Shown: positions 17,518-27,740 of the stretch, piece after piece
Layout: each line of letters begins with the position of its first letter
How positions within the stretch are numbered: position 1 is the first letter of the stretch
NCBI GenBank assembly: GCA_964427375.1
Contig: CAYRUF010000020.1
Span: 563 to 64,562, forward strand
Reading direction: 5' to 3'
DNA from: an uncultured Desulfatibacillum sp.
GTDB lineage: Bacteria > Desulfobacterota > Desulfobacteria > Desulfobacterales > SpSt-501
DNA length: 64,000 bases
Made by a program: the position numbers and the translations under genes
The notes under the pieces: generated by a model
Told to the model about the DNA's origin: nothing
Seen by the model: only the letters and a program-made list of their open reading frames with translations
Database searches by the model: none

Positions 17518-18669
17518 CGGGCTTCGGCTCCGGCCCTCCCGGAAGCGAAAGATCCCGAACACGGCCCCGCCCGCCAGGGCGACCCCCGCGCTCACCTGAA
17601 ACAGCCCGAAGCCGCCCAGGGTTCCATACAGCGCGCCGTTGATAAAAAAGCCCGCCATCAACCCGAGGCCGTAGGTCAGGGCATTGTTGACCGCCTGGCC
17701 CAGGTTCTTGGCATCCGGCGGCGACAGGCGGTCCATGTAAAGGATGCTCGCCATGTGGAACGTCCCATAGGTCATGGCGTGCAGCAGCTGAGCGAGCAGG
17801 ATGGCGGCCGGTGCCGATGCGGATCCCAGAACCAGCCAGCGCAGCACAGCGGCGGCAAACGAGGCGGTCAGCACGCGTTCGAGCGCGAAACGGCTGAAAA
17901 TGGCATCCGAATAGAGCATGGCCACGATTTCCGCCGTCGACGCCACGGCCCAGCAGATGCCGATGAAGGTGCCGGAATATCCCAGGGTTTCGAGGTGGAT
18001 GGAAAAAAAACCGTAATACGCCCCGTGGCTGACGAGCATCAGAAAGCCGCCGGTGAGGAACACGGCGGATCGTCGCAGCAGCAGGGCCTTGGTTCGGCGG
18101 GCCAGCCCGGCGGAGGACGGACCGCGGTCGCGGGGCACCGTGGCGGAGATCGGAACGAGCAGGAGGGAGCCGGCCAGAACCCCGTACAGGATCAGCCGCA
18201 CCGAAAACCACTCCATCAGTTTGCCGAAAACCAGCACGACGGTGATGAAGCTGATGGACCCCCAGAGCCGGATGCGGCCGTAGCTTTTCTTCTCCCGCCC
18301 CAGGGTCTCCATGGTGATGGCTTCCAGGAACGAAATGACCGGCGCGTAGAAGATGCCGTACGCGATGGTGATCAGGGCCATGACGGCAAACTCCTCGGTG
18401 AGCAGGAAGAGCGCCCAAACGGCCGCGCTCACGGCGTTGCATGCAATGTATATCGGGCGCCGGCTCCTGGTCCGGTCCGCCAGGGCGCCCCAGAGCATCG
18501 GAAAGACCACCATCGTGACCGACCGCAAGGCGGACAGGGCGCCGATGTGGAATCCCGATAACCCCAAATGGTAGCAATACAGATTGAAGTAGGGCAGGTA
18601 CAGACCCATGACGCCGAAATAGAGGAAGTACTGCGAGGCGATCGCCGTCTTGGAGAAAATATGCGCCAT
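17512..18669 (-). CDS. MFS transporter (HcaT/MFS_1_like)
   Basis: About 12 hydrophobic segments, WGALADRT, YGRIRLWGSI. Confidence 0.88.
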   Translation of the reverse strand: MAHIFSKTAIASQYFLYFGVMGLYLPYFNLYCYHLGLSGFHIGALSALRSVTMVVFPMLWGALADRTRSRRPIYIACNAVSAAVWALFLLTEEFAVMALITIAYGIFYAPVISFLEAITMETLGREKKSYGRIRLWGSISFITVVLVFGKLMEWFSVRLILYGVLAGSLLLVPISATVPRDRGPSSAGLARRTKALLLRRSAVFLTGGFLMLVSHGAYYGFFSIHLETLGYSGTFIGICWAVASTAEIVAMLYSDAIFSRFALERVLTASFAAAVLRWLVLGSASAPAAILLAQLLHAMTYGTFHMASILYMDRLSPPDAKNLGQAVNNALTYGLGLMAGFFINGALYGTLGGFGLFQVSAGVALAGGAVFGIFRFREGRSRSPS

Positions 18670-18981
18670 GGAGTTCAACCCGTAAGAGCCATGCAACACC
18701 GTCCGTGGAACAACGCCTATCATACGGCAAATCGGGTGCCGGGGCAAAACGGGGGCCGCCGAGCGTATGCCGGATCCCAACGAACCGCTCGCGTCGGTTT
18801 ACAAAGAAAAGGCGAGATGCTATTTTTATCGACTGGATTCATGATTGCCAAGGGACCACGACCGGCCGGGAAGCCCTCCGGCCGGTTCGACGCCGACGCG
18901 GAAAATCGTCAATACAGGCCGGACACTCGGATCCGGGCCGGGGGGCGCCCGGCCGGAGGGGGGGCCGATCAGGAGGCGGGC

Positions 18982-19428
18982 ATGGACGTCATCAAGATCC
19001 GCTTTGCGGCTGAATTCGAGGATCTCAGCAGCGATGTCGAACGAACCATCGAAGACATGTTTCGGTCGCTCAATCCGGTGTTTCGCCTCGCCGAGCGCTC
19101 CTGGAAGCCGTCGATGGACATGAACGAAACTCCGGAGCAGATCATCATCCTGGCGGAGGTGGCCGGCGTCGACAAGGACGACCTGGAGGTGGAGATCAGC
19201 AGTAAAGCCGTGCGCATCCGTGCGATGCGCCCGGCGCGGAACTGGGGTGGGGATGCCACCTACCGCCTGGCGGAGATCCAGTACGGCCGGTTTGAGCGCG
19301 TGCTGTTTCTGCCGGCGCCCATCGATCCGGAGATCGTATCGGCCGCGTACACGAACGGGATGCTTGAGATCCGGCTGGCCAAACTGCAGCTGGAAGCGGT
19401 GCGCCACGTTCCGGTGGCGGACGCCTAG
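18982..19428 (+). CDS. Hsp20/alpha-crystallin family protein (copy 1)
   Basis: PSMDMNET, EVAGVDKDDLEVE, EIQYGRFERVLFLP, YTNGMLEI; AGGAGG RBS. Confidence 0.92.
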   Translation: MDVIKIRFAAEFEDLSSDVERTIEDMFRSLNPVFRLAERSWKPSMDMNETPEQIIILAEVAGVDKDDLEVEISSKAVRIRAMRPARNWGGDATYRLAEIQYGRFERVLFLPAPIDPEIVSAAYTNGMLEIRLAKLQLEAVRHVPVADA

Positions 19429-19506
19429 CCGCCGGCGCCGACCCGCGGCGCGGCCGCCATGATCCGCGCGGCTGCAGCGGACGGCGTTCGAATCCTGGAG
19501 GAACCC

Positions 19507-21897
19507 TTGACGGAGAATACGACATCGCTGCCATCGCCCCCCGAAGCCCTTCCGGAGCTTCTGCCCATCCTTCCGCTTTTCGACGCGGTGCTCTTCCCGA
19601 AGATGGTGTTGCCCTTGATGGTCATTCAGGAAGAATCCGTCAAATTGGTGGATGACGTCATGGCCAAGGACCGGCTGCTCGGGCTGGTGGCGTCCACCCA
19701 GGGCGGGGATCCGAAGCCGGAACGGGTGAAGGACACGCTGTCCTCCGTGGGCACCGGTGCGCTGATCCTCAAGATGGCCAAGACCCATGACAACCGTACC
19801 CAGCTTCTGTTGCAGGGTCTGAGCCGCTTCCGCATCCGATCCTTCGTGGACGGCAAGGCGTTTCTGGAAGCGCACGTCAGCGCGCTGCCGGACCTGGGAG
19901 AGAAGGACAACGAAACCGAAGCGCTCATGGCCAATGTGGTCAGCCAGTTCGTCCGGATCGTCGAGTTGTCGCCGGGGCTGCCCCAGGAGATCGGGCAGAT
20001 GGCGCGCTCCATCCAAGAACCGGGCACCCTGGCCGACATGGTCGCCTCCAGCATCCCGATCAGTCTGGAAGAGAAGCAGAAGGTTCTCGAGCAGGAGCGG
20101 GTGAACGAGCGGCTCCGGATCGTGGCGCGCCTGGTCCACCACCAGCTGGAAATTCTCGAGCTGGGGAAGAAGATCCAGACCCAGGTCAAGGGCGACATGG
20201 AAAAAAGCCAGCGGGATTACTACCTGCGGCAGCAGCTGAAAGCCATCCGCGAGGAGCTCGGGGAGAAGGACGACGCCTCGGGAGAGATCGAGGAGATGCG
20301 CCGGAAGATCGCCGCCAAAAATCTGCCCGACGAGGCCCGCAGGGAGGCCGACCGGGAATTGGAGCGGCTGGCGCGGATGCACCCCTCCTCGGCCGAGTAC
20401 ACCGTCGCCTCCACCTACCTCGACTGGCTGGCGGCGCTGCCCTGGCACGACGCCACCGTCGATACGCTGGATATCCCGCGCGCGCGCAAGATTTTGGACG
20501 ATGATCACTTCGGCCTGGAAAAGCCGAAACGGCGCATCATCGAATACCTGGCCGTGCGCAAGCTCAAGCCGAATTCGAAGGGCCCCATCCTTTGCCTGGC
20601 CGGACCTCCCGGCACCGGCAAGACCTCCCTGGGCCAGTCCATCGCCCGCGCGCTCGGGCGCCGGTTCCACCGCATCTCGCTGGGCGGGGTGCGCGACGAG
20701 GCCGAGATCCGCGGGCACCGGCGCACCTATGTCGGAGCCCTGCCCGGGCGGGTCATTCAGGCCCTGCGCCGCACCGGTTCCAACAACCCGGTTTTCATGC
20801 TGGATGAGATCGACAAGGTCGGCAGCGATTTCCGCGGAGACCCGTCCTCGGCGCTCCTGGAAGTGCTGGATCCCGAGCAGAACAAATCCTTTTCCGACCA
20901 TTACCTGGATGTGCCTTTCGATCTGTCGCGGGTGCTGTTCATCGCCACCGCGAACGTCCTGGACACGATTCCGCCCGCGCTGCGCGACCGGATGGAGGTC
21001 CTGAACCTCGTCGGCTATACCCTGGACGAAAAGTTGAAAATCGCTCATCGCCATCTCATCCCGCGCCAGCGCGAGGAACACGGCCTGACCGCCAAGCAGA
21101 TCCGGATCACGTCCGGCGCCGTGCGCGAGATCATCACGGGCTACACGCGCGAGGCCGGCCTCCGGAACCTGGAGCGCGAAATCGCGGGCATCTGCCGGCG
21201 GGCGGCCAGCAAAATCGCCCAGGGGCGTGCCAAGACCGTGAACGTCGGACGCAGCGATCTGCACGGAATGCTGGGGCCGGTCCGTTTCATCGACGAGCCG
21301 CGGGCGCGCGTCACCACGCCGGGAATCGCCACCGGTCTGGCATGGACGCCGGTCGGCGGGGAACTGCTGTTCATCGAGGCCACCGCCATGAAGGGCAAAA
21401 AAGGCCTGACGCTGACCGGCCAGCTGGGTGACGTCATGAAGGAGTCGGCGGCGGCGGCCCTTAGCTTCATCCGAGCCAACAGCCCGGCCCTGGGAATCGA
21501 CGAGCAATTTTACGAAACCCACGACATCCACATCCACCTGCCCGCCGGCGCCATTCCCAAGGACGGCCCGTCGGCCGGAGTCACCCTGCTGACGGCGCTC
21601 ACCTCGCTTTTTACCGACCGGCCGGTGCGCCCGGATCTGGCCATGACCGGCGAAATCACGTTGCGGGGCCAGGTGCTCCCGGTGGGCGGCATCAAGGAGA
21701 AGGTCCTGGCGGCCCACCGCGCCCGCATAGCGGCCGTGATTCTGCCGGCCTGGAACCGCAAGGACTTGGAAGACGTTCCGAAAAACATCCAGAAGGAAAT
21801 CCGATTCCACTTCGTGGACCGCATGCTGGACGTTCTGGAGCTCGCCCTGACCCCGGATCCACGCAGACCCAAACCCCGGAAACGCCGAAAGGGATGA
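19507..21897 (+). CDS. lon: Lon protease (copy 1)
   Basis: LON N domain, [20 protein letters not shown] catalytic Ser, VGGIKEK; TTG start at 19507 with GGAGGA RBS matches the paralog N-terminus (alternative ATG 19459). Confidence 0.95.
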   Translation: MTENTTSLPSPPEALPELLPILPLFDAVLFPKMVLPLMVIQEESVKLVDDVMAKDRLLGLVASTQGGDPKPERVKDTLSSVGTGALILKMAKTHDNRTQLLLQGLSRFRIRSFVDGKAFLEAHVSALPDLGEKDNETEALMANVVSQFVRIVELSPGLPQEIGQMARSIQEPGTLADMVASSIPISLEEKQKVLEQERVNERLRIVARLVHHQLEILELGKKIQTQVKGDMEKSQRDYYLRQQLKAIREELGEKDDASGEIEEMRRKIAAKNLPDEARREADRELERLARMHPSSAEYTVASTYLDWLAALPWHDATVDTLDIPRARKILDDDHFGLEKPKRRIIEYLAVRKLKPNSKGPILCLAGPPGTGKTSLGQSIARALGRRFHRISLGGVRDEAEIRGHRRTYVGALPGRVIQALRRTGSNNPVFMLDEIDKVGSDFRGDPSSALLEVLDPEQNKSFSDHYLDVPFDLSRVLFIATANVLDTIPPALRDRMEVLNLVGYTLDEKLKIAHRHLIPRQREEHGLTAKQIRITSGAVREIITGYTREAGLRNLEREIAGICRRAASKIAQGRAKTVNVGRSDLHGMLGPVRFIDEPRARVTTPGIATGLAWTPVGGELLFIEATAMKGKKGLTLTGQLGDVMKESAAAALSFIRANSPALGIDEQFYETHDIHIHLPAGAIPKDGPSAGVTLLTALTSLFTDRPVRPDLAMTGEITLRGQVLPVGGIKEKVLAAHRARIAAVILPAWNRKDLEDVPKNIQKEIRFHFVDRMLDVLELALTPDPRRPKPRKRRKG

Positions 21898-22736
21898 GAC
21901 GCTTGGGAACGATCACCGCTCGGGAAAGCCGAATCCGGTTCGGCCCGCCGAAAACCGGAATGCGCCCGCTGCCGCATGGCTGCTGGGCAACGATTGCCGC
22001 CGCCCTCCTGCTGGTGCTCCTGGCCGGCTGTGCGACCCGCTCCCGGCCGGCGCCGCCTTCGTTTCCGTCCGCGCCGGCTCCGGCTCCCCGACCGGAGTCC
22101 ACCGCCCCGGAAACCCGGCCGGGCGAGCCCCGGCCATATAAGGCTCTGGGCCAGTGGTACCAACCCCTGCCCGACGCCACCGGATTCCGCCAAGAGGGAA
22201 TCGCCTCGTGGTACGGGCCCGATTTCCACGGCAAACGCACCTCCAGCGGTGAGACGTATGACATGCACGGGCTGACCGCCGCCCATAAGACCCTTCCGCT
22301 CGGAACCCTGGTCCGGGTGCGCCATCTGCAGAACCAGCGCACGGTCGAGCTGCGCATCAACGACCGCGGACCGTTCGTCGGCAACCGCGTGATCGATTTG
22401 TCCTACGAGGCGGCGCGGCAGCTCGGCGTCGTCGGGCCGGGAACCGCGCCGGTGGAGGTCGTGGCGATCGGCGTGCTGGCCGGCAGCTCCGTCGATCTGT
22501 ATTCCGGCAACTTTACGTTTCAGGTCGGCGCGTTCACCAACCGGGACAGCGCGGAACGGCTGAGAGCCGAGTTGGATCCGCGCTTCGGCAACGCCCACAT
22601 CGTGGAATTCGACCGCGGCGACCGCCTGTTCTACCGGGTGCGGGTGGGCAAAAAGACCTCCCTGCAGGATGCGACCGCCTACGAGGCCTACCTCGTCCGC
22701 AACGGGTTCCCGGACGCCTTTGCCGTGGCCGACTAA
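21894..22736 (+). CDS. rlpA: RlpA septal lytic transglycosylase lipoprotein with SPOR domain
   Basis: Lipobox LLAGC, GIASWYG, LTAAHKTLP, INDRGPF..RVIDLS, FQVGAF. Confidence 0.92.
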   Translation: MRRLGTITARESRIRFGPPKTGMRPLPHGCWATIAAALLLVLLAGCATRSRPAPPSFPSAPAPAPRPESTAPETRPGEPRPYKALGQWYQPLPDATGFRQEGIASWYGPDFHGKRTSSGETYDMHGLTAAHKTLPLGTLVRVRHLQNQRTVELRINDRGPFVGNRVIDLSYEAARQLGVVGPGTAPVEVVAIGVLAGSSVDLYSGNFTFQVGAFTNRDSAERLRAELDPRFGNAHIVEFDRGDRLFYRVRVGKKTSLQDATAYEAYLVRNGFPDAFAVAD

Positions 22737-22756
22737 GAGAAGGGCTGAAGGCGCGC

Positions 22757-23314
22757 ATGCGACGAAAGGTGATTTTCACCGACCGCGACGGCGTGATCAA
22801 CCGAAATTCGCCGGACTATATCAAACAGCCGGAAGAATTCGAGTTCCTGCCCGGGAGCCGCGAGGCCCTGCGCCGCCTGACCGAAAGCGGATTTGACATC
22901 ATCGTCATCACGAACCAGTCGGCGCTGGGCCGCGGGCTCATGACTCCCGTCAGCCTGGCGGAAATCCATCGGCGCATGATCGCCTCCATCGAAGCGGCGG
23001 GCGGCCGGATTCTTGACATTTTCTTCTGCCCGCACCGGCCCGGCGAGGGGTGCGGTTGCCGCAAGCCCGCGCCGGGGCTGGTCCTCGACGCGCAGCGGAA
23101 GCACCAGGTTGATTTTTCAACGGCGGCGATGGTCGGAGACAGCGCTGCGGACATCGAATGCGCGCGGAGGGCCGGCATACGGACCACCCTGCTGGTCCGA
23201 ACCGGCAACGGCGCCGCGGCCGCCGAAGAGCTGGCGGCCCACGGATGCCTGCCGGATTTCATCGCCGATGACCTGAGTCAGGCGGCGGATTGGATGATCG
23301 CAAAAAGCCAGTGA
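22757..23314 (+). CDS. gmhB: D-glycero-D-manno-heptose 1,7-bisphosphate phosphatase
   Basis: DRDGVIN, ITNQS, CPH..CGCRKP, MVGD. Confidence 0.9.
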   Translation: MRRKVIFTDRDGVINRNSPDYIKQPEEFEFLPGSREALRRLTESGFDIIVITNQSALGRGLMTPVSLAEIHRRMIASIEAAGGRILDIFFCPHRPGEGCGCRKPAPGLVLDAQRKHQVDFSTAAMVGDSAADIECARRAGIRTTLLVRTGNGAAAAEELAAHGCLPDFIADDLSQAADWMIAKSQ

Positions 23315-23341
23315 CGCCGCGTTGGGCCGTCACTGGCTTTT
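23303..23341. terminator. bidirectional terminator between convergent gmhB and DUF1178
   Basis: AAAAGCCAGTGACG..CGTCACTGGCTTTT perfect 14 bp IR. Confidence 0.7.
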
Positions 23342-23347
23342 CGCGCG

Positions 23348-23785
23348 TCATGAAGCTTCGGGCTCGGGTTCGGGCGGGGCCGGGACGGGAATCTTGATGA
23401 ACTGGACGCCTTCTTGTTTGAGGAGTTTTTCTTCGGCCTGGGTGCTGACGCCGCGGATGTTGCGGGGTTCGGTCACCCCGTAGTGAATCTTCAAGGCCTC
23501 GGTGGCGAATTGGCACCCGACGTTGTCGAAATTTTTTTCAACGAACTCGGCCACCTGACGCCCCAGCTGGGCCATGGCGTGCTCTTCCTGCGAAACGGCC
23601 ACCTGCGGTTTGAACCCCGAAGATGTCTTGATGGCAAACCGCGAAGGCAGCTTGACGATGTCCGTGTCATTGCAGACCGGACAGGCGATCAGCCCCTTCT
23701 TCCTTTGGGCGTTAAAGGCGGCACTGTCTTCGAACCAGCCCTCGAAGGCATGCCCATTTCCACACTGCAGATCATAAGCAATCAT
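23348..23785 (-). CDS. DUF1178 family protein
   Basis: MIAYDLQCGNGHAFEGWF, IACPVC, FDNVGCQFATEALKIHYG..RNIRG. Confidence 0.9.
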   Translation of the reverse strand: MIAYDLQCGNGHAFEGWFEDSAAFNAQRKKGLIACPVCNDTDIVKLPSRFAIKTSSGFKPQVAVSQEEHAMAQLGRQVAEFVEKNFDNVGCQFATEALKIHYGVTEPRNIRGVSTQAEEKLLKQEGVQFIKIPVPAPPEPEPEAS

Positions 23786-23975
23786 GACACGAACCCTGCG
23801 AATCAAGCCGGGACCGCCTCTCGGCCGAAACGGAGAAATAACCAGTCGCCTCGTCTTCGCGCTGGATTTATGCATCGATCTAGGATAGCTTTTACCATAG
23901 CGTATGTGCCGGGTTTCGTCAATTGAATGAAATCCTTCCCGGTCGCGGCCACCGCGGAAGGAGAGGATAGCAGCG

Positions 23976-24638
23976 ATGAAACGCTTGATCCAATCGGTGA
24001 CGGTTTTGATGATCGGGTTCTGGGGGTGTGGCGCTCCGGGGTGGGCGGACACCGCCTATATTGTCGACGTCATCAAAGTGGCGCTGCGCTCCGGTCCCGG
24101 CAACGACCAAAAATCCGTCGGGATGACGGAAAGCGGGCAGCCGGTAGATGTCATCCAGGCCGGCGAGGAATGGTCGCTGGTTCGACTGGGGAACGGCATC
24201 GAGGGCTATCTGCTGAACCGCTATCTGACGGCCACCCCGCCGGCTCGCTTTCGTTTCGACCAGCTTCAGGAGAAAACCAAAGCGTTGACGGCACAGGCCG
24301 CCGGCCTGCTTGAGGATAATGCGCGCTTGAAGGCCGAAAATGAAAGGCTGGCGACCGCACTGGCGGCCGAGGAAAAGCAGATCGCTGTGTTGCAGGGCGA
24401 TTTCGATGCGTTTCGAAGAGATGTGGCCGATGTGACGGCGTTAAAGTCCAGGGCCGAGGCGCTGGCCATCGAGCTGGACCAGAAAAAAGAGGAAATCGCG
24501 CGGCTGCAATCCGGCCCTCTGGCCATCCTCGAAAACGAAAACCTGTATTGGTTTCTGGCCGGCGCCGCTGTTTTGATGGTCGGGTTTCTGGCCGGTTATG
24601 TTGTGAAACGCCCGCGTCGTTGGTCGACGCTCAGCTGA
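23976..24638 (+). CDS. SH3 domain-containing protein (TIGR04211/YgiM-like)
   Basis: Signal peptide, LRSGPG SH3b domain, coiled coil, C-terminal TM WFLAGAAVLMVGFLAG. Confidence 0.85.
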   Translation: MKRLIQSVTVLMIGFWGCGAPGWADTAYIVDVIKVALRSGPGNDQKSVGMTESGQPVDVIQAGEEWSLVRLGNGIEGYLLNRYLTATPPARFRFDQLQEKTKALTAQAAGLLEDNARLKAENERLATALAAEEKQIAVLQGDFDAFRRDVADVTALKSRAEALAIELDQKKEEIARLQSGPLAILENENLYWFLAGAAVLMVGFLAGYVVKRPRRWSTLS

Positions 24639-24673
24639 TCCGGCGCCGAATCCCGCCCCGAAATTGGAAACGC

Positions 24674-25918
24674 ATGCTTATCCACCTTATTCTGGTTCTG
24701 ATTGGGATGCTGGCGCTGTCGGCCTTTTTTTCGGCCTCCGAAACCGCCCTCGCATTCACCCGCCAGGCCAAACCGCCGCACCCGACCCGAGGCGGCGGAC
24801 GGATCGGCGGCCTGCTCGATCGCCTGCAGGAAGACCCCGATCGCTTTTTCACCACGATCCGGATCGGCAATCATCTGGCCAATGTCGCCGCCTCCTGTCT
24901 GGCCACCCTGATCGCGTTTCAGACGGTGCCCAGCCATGTCGTTGCCGCCACCACGGGGATCATGACGGTCGTGATCCTGGTTTTCGGAGAGATCATTCCC
25001 AAATCGGTTGCACCCCGCAGCCATCTCCGGATTGCGCGAACGGTGATTGTCCCGATTTACTGGCTCTCCAAACTGGTTTACCCGTTGGTGTTGTTCCTGA
25101 ACTTTATTCCGCGCATGACCGACCGGATCCAGGGGCCGCCGCGGGTCACGGAAGCCGAGCTGCTCACCATGGTGGAGGCGGTGGAGGAGGACGGGCAGAT
25201 CAAGGAGGCAGAGAAGGAGCTGATCCACAACATCTTCGAATTCGACGATACCAGCGTTTCGGAGATCATGACCCCCCGGGCGGATATGTTCGTCGTCGAC
25301 ATCAACGCGAAGCTCGATCTTGCGGAAATTTTCAGATCCGGGTTTACGCGGATCCCGATCATCGATGGGGACATGGATCACATCATCGGCATTCTCAACA
25401 TCAAGGACTTGCTGCTGCAGTCTTCCGGCGGTCTGCCATCGTTGGATCTGCGCCAGATCATGCGAGAACCCTATTTCGTTCCGGAGCACAAGAAACTGGA
25501 TAAGCTGTTGCAGGGTTTCAAACGGCGCAAGCAACACCTGGCGATCGTCGTGGACGAACACGGCGGCGTGTCGGGGCTCATCACGCTGGAAGATGCCTTG
25601 GAGGAGATCGTTGGGGAAATCAGCGACGAGACCGATATCATCGAGTCGACGATTTCATCGGTCGCTCCCGGTGAATGGCGCGTGATGGGAAAAGCCGAAA
25701 TCGGCGAGGTGAACGAGCAGCTGCAGATGAATATTCCCGATACGGGAGAATACGACACGTTTTCGGGATATGTCATGAATCGGACCGGTCGGATCCCGCG
25801 GGAAGAAGAGGAGATACCCCTCGGGGAATTCACGGCGATCGTCAAGACCCGCAAAGGCAACCGCATCATCGAATACAAGGTCTGCAAACGGTTGCCGGCC
25901 CAACCCCTGAACGCATAG
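24674..25918 (+). CDS. HlyC/CorC (CNNM) family transporter
   Basis: LSAFFSASETA, VFGEIIPK, IMTPR, CBS pair, VVDEHGG..TLEDALEEIVGEI. Confidence 0.92.
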   Translation: MLIHLILVLIGMLALSAFFSASETALAFTRQAKPPHPTRGGGRIGGLLDRLQEDPDRFFTTIRIGNHLANVAASCLATLIAFQTVPSHVVAATTGIMTVVILVFGEIIPKSVAPRSHLRIARTVIVPIYWLSKLVYPLVLFLNFIPRMTDRIQGPPRVTEAELLTMVEAVEEDGQIKEAEKELIHNIFEFDDTSVSEIMTPRADMFVVDINAKLDLAEIFRSGFTRIPIIDGDMDHIIGILNIKDLLLQSSGGLPSLDLRQIMREPYFVPEHKKLDKLLQGFKRRKQHLAIVVDEHGGVSGLITLEDALEEIVGEISDETDIIESTISSVAPGEWRVMGKAEIGEVNEQLQMNIPDTGEYDTFSGYVMNRTGRIPREEEEIPLGEFTAIVKTRKGNRIIEYKVCKRLPAQPLNA

Positions 25919-25977
25919 GGATGCCGGCGCTACCGCCGCCATCCCCATGCCGCACGCCATCCCTTTCCGGAGGGACA

Positions 25978-26247
25978 CTAGTTGACGGCGTCTTTTAAGC
26001 CCTTGCCGGCCACAAACTTGGGAGACTTGGATGCGTTGATCTTGATCTCCTCGCCGGTCTGGGGGTTACGCCCCTTGCGGGCTTTGCGCTTCACAACTTT
26101 GAACGTCCCGAATCCCACGAGCGTGACCGTATCTCCTTTTTTCAACGCCTGGGTGATGGAATCCAGAACGCAGTCCACGGCGCTCTGGGCTTCCTTCTTG
26201 GTGCTGACGACCTGAGCCACTTCATTGATGATGTCTGCTTTGTTCAT
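25978..26247 (-). CDS. hup: HU family DNA-binding protein
   Basis: MNKADII, GFGTF, RKGRNPQTG, PKFVAGK. Confidence 0.95.
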   Translation of the reverse strand: MNKADIINEVAQVVSTKKEAQSAVDCVLDSITQALKKGDTVTLVGFGTFKVVKRKARKGRNPQTGEEIKINASKSPKFVAGKGLKDAVN

Positions 26248-26340
26248 GTCTATCTCCTTTCGTTTTCTTCAATTGCCGAGTCGTGGTTAAGGGAGGGGGA
26301 TGCGGTCAACCGGCCGGCGGGCCCCGTCTCCGCAGCCGCC

Positions 26341-26526
26341 TTAAATGCTGTCGCGGCAGCTTTGGCAGTATTTTCGAGGAGTGCCCCGGCCGATCCAATG
26401 AAAGTTCATAATATGCTTCTTGCCGCACTTCGGGCACAGGCATTCCACTTTGGATTTATCATGGTCGATCACGACATCCGGATCGTCGTTGGCTGTTTCC
26501 TTGGGCGCTTTCTTGGGTGCTTTCAT
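26341..26526 (-). CDS. small hypothetical Zn-ribbon protein
   Basis: 61 aa with CPKCG and YCQSC pairs, between dksA and hup on the same strand. Confidence 0.65.
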   Translation of the reverse strand: MKAPKKAPKETANDDPDVVIDHDKSKVECLCPKCGKKHIMNFHWIGRGTPRKYCQSCRDSI

Positions 26527-26647
26527 GGTCAATTTTCGTTTTAGAGATGGCATGTCCAAACACTCCGTCCCCGATCGCTGGGTGCTGGCCGGCCAGGCGC
26601 GGAGGCAGCTCCGGCCGTTACGCAAGGCGCGGTTGCATCGGATTCGA

Positions 26648-27010
26648 TCATGTCCCGGTCAGTTTTTCACGGGCTTCGATTTGGGTTTTGCAGCGGATGC
26701 AGTGACGCGTCACCGGACGAGCCTTGAGCCGCTCGATGGCGATATCCTCCCCGCAGGATTCGCAGGTTCCGTAAACGCCCTCTTCGATGTCCTGCAAGGT
26801 TTTGCGGATCTTCTTGATGAGCATGCTTTCACGGTCCCGAATGCGCAGGGTGAAGTTGCGTTCGGAGTCGAAAACGGCGCGGTCCAACGGATCCGGCAGG
26901 CTTTCATCGCTTTCCCTGAGCCCGTTCACCGTCGAATCCGCATGAGCGAGAAGTTCCTCCAGCCAGCGGCTGAGCAGATCTTTAAAGTACTTTAAATCCT
27001 TTTCTTTCAT
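26648..27010 (-). CDS. dksA: RNA polymerase-binding protein DksA
   Basis: PDPLDRA coiled-coil tip, YGTCESCGEDI..RL.ARP...CIRCK zinc finger. Confidence 0.93.
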   Translation of the reverse strand: MKEKDLKYFKDLLSRWLEELLAHADSTVNGLRESDESLPDPLDRAVFDSERNFTLRIRDRESMLIKKIRKTLQDIEEGVYGTCESCGEDIAIERLKARPVTRHCIRCKTQIEAREKLTGT

Positions 27011-27277
27011 CTATGGCATCCCCGGAAAAGATCATACGGCAGGGTTATCAAAAACAACCAACCCCGTCAACCGTTCAAAATGGGGCTTTCTTTATTCCCG
27101 AACGCATCCATTTTTTCAAGACTTTTCTGAAAACGGTCACCGATGGATGCCGACGGGCGCCGGACCCGAAGGCGCCCCGACCGGCCCGAATGTTTGACAT
27201 AGCCGGCGGAGTTGCCTAAAATAACCGCATACGGGTCGATGAACGGCCATTTCATTGGATCTCGAAATGGAGCAGGC

Positions 27278-27607
27278 ATGGAATCGAATCCCGAAAAGCG
27301 ATGCGAAGACCGCCAGGACTGCGATGCCGTCATCGAATGGGCTTATTTTAACAGGGGGGGCTGCTTCAGCGCCCGACTGTTGAACTTCAGCAAGGGCGGC
27401 GGCTATTTCGTATCCAACCAGCCGCTGACGCCGGGAACCACCGTCCTGATTCGGGTTCGGGATTTCAGCCCCGCCGAGTCGGGAACCTGCGGCACCCGCA
27501 CCACCCTGCGGACGAACGCTCTGGGCGAGGTCAAATGGTGCCGGGAAATCAGCAGCGAGGCGGCGGCGCGATTCGGGATCGGCGTGCGCTACCATTTCCC
27601 GGTATAG
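27278..27607 (+). CDS. single-domain PilZ protein
   Basis: RxxxR (RCEDR) and NxSxxG (NFSKGG) motifs, GEVKW, GIGVRY. Confidence 0.8.
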   Translation: MESNPEKRCEDRQDCDAVIEWAYFNRGGCFSARLLNFSKGGGYFVSNQPLTPGTTVLIRVRDFSPAESGTCGTRTTLRTNALGEVKWCREISSEAAARFGIGVRYHFPV

Positions 27608-27740
27608 CGGCTTCCGCGGCGAGCCGGCGCCGGGTCCGCCCAACCCCCCTTCGTTTCGATTCACTCATACCACATCGATCGATTCCCGGGCCTCCCGCAG
27701 AGCCGGCCTCGCCTTAAACCCAATTCTCTAAGACATAGGG

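Noticed and set aside
18826-21810. 994 aa ORF antisense to hsp20-lon, and similar long antisense ORFs (51683-54673, 50831-52942, 29988-31829, 58434-59984)
   Set aside because: Shadow ORFs expected opposite or overlapping real genes in high-GC DNA; no recognisable motifs.
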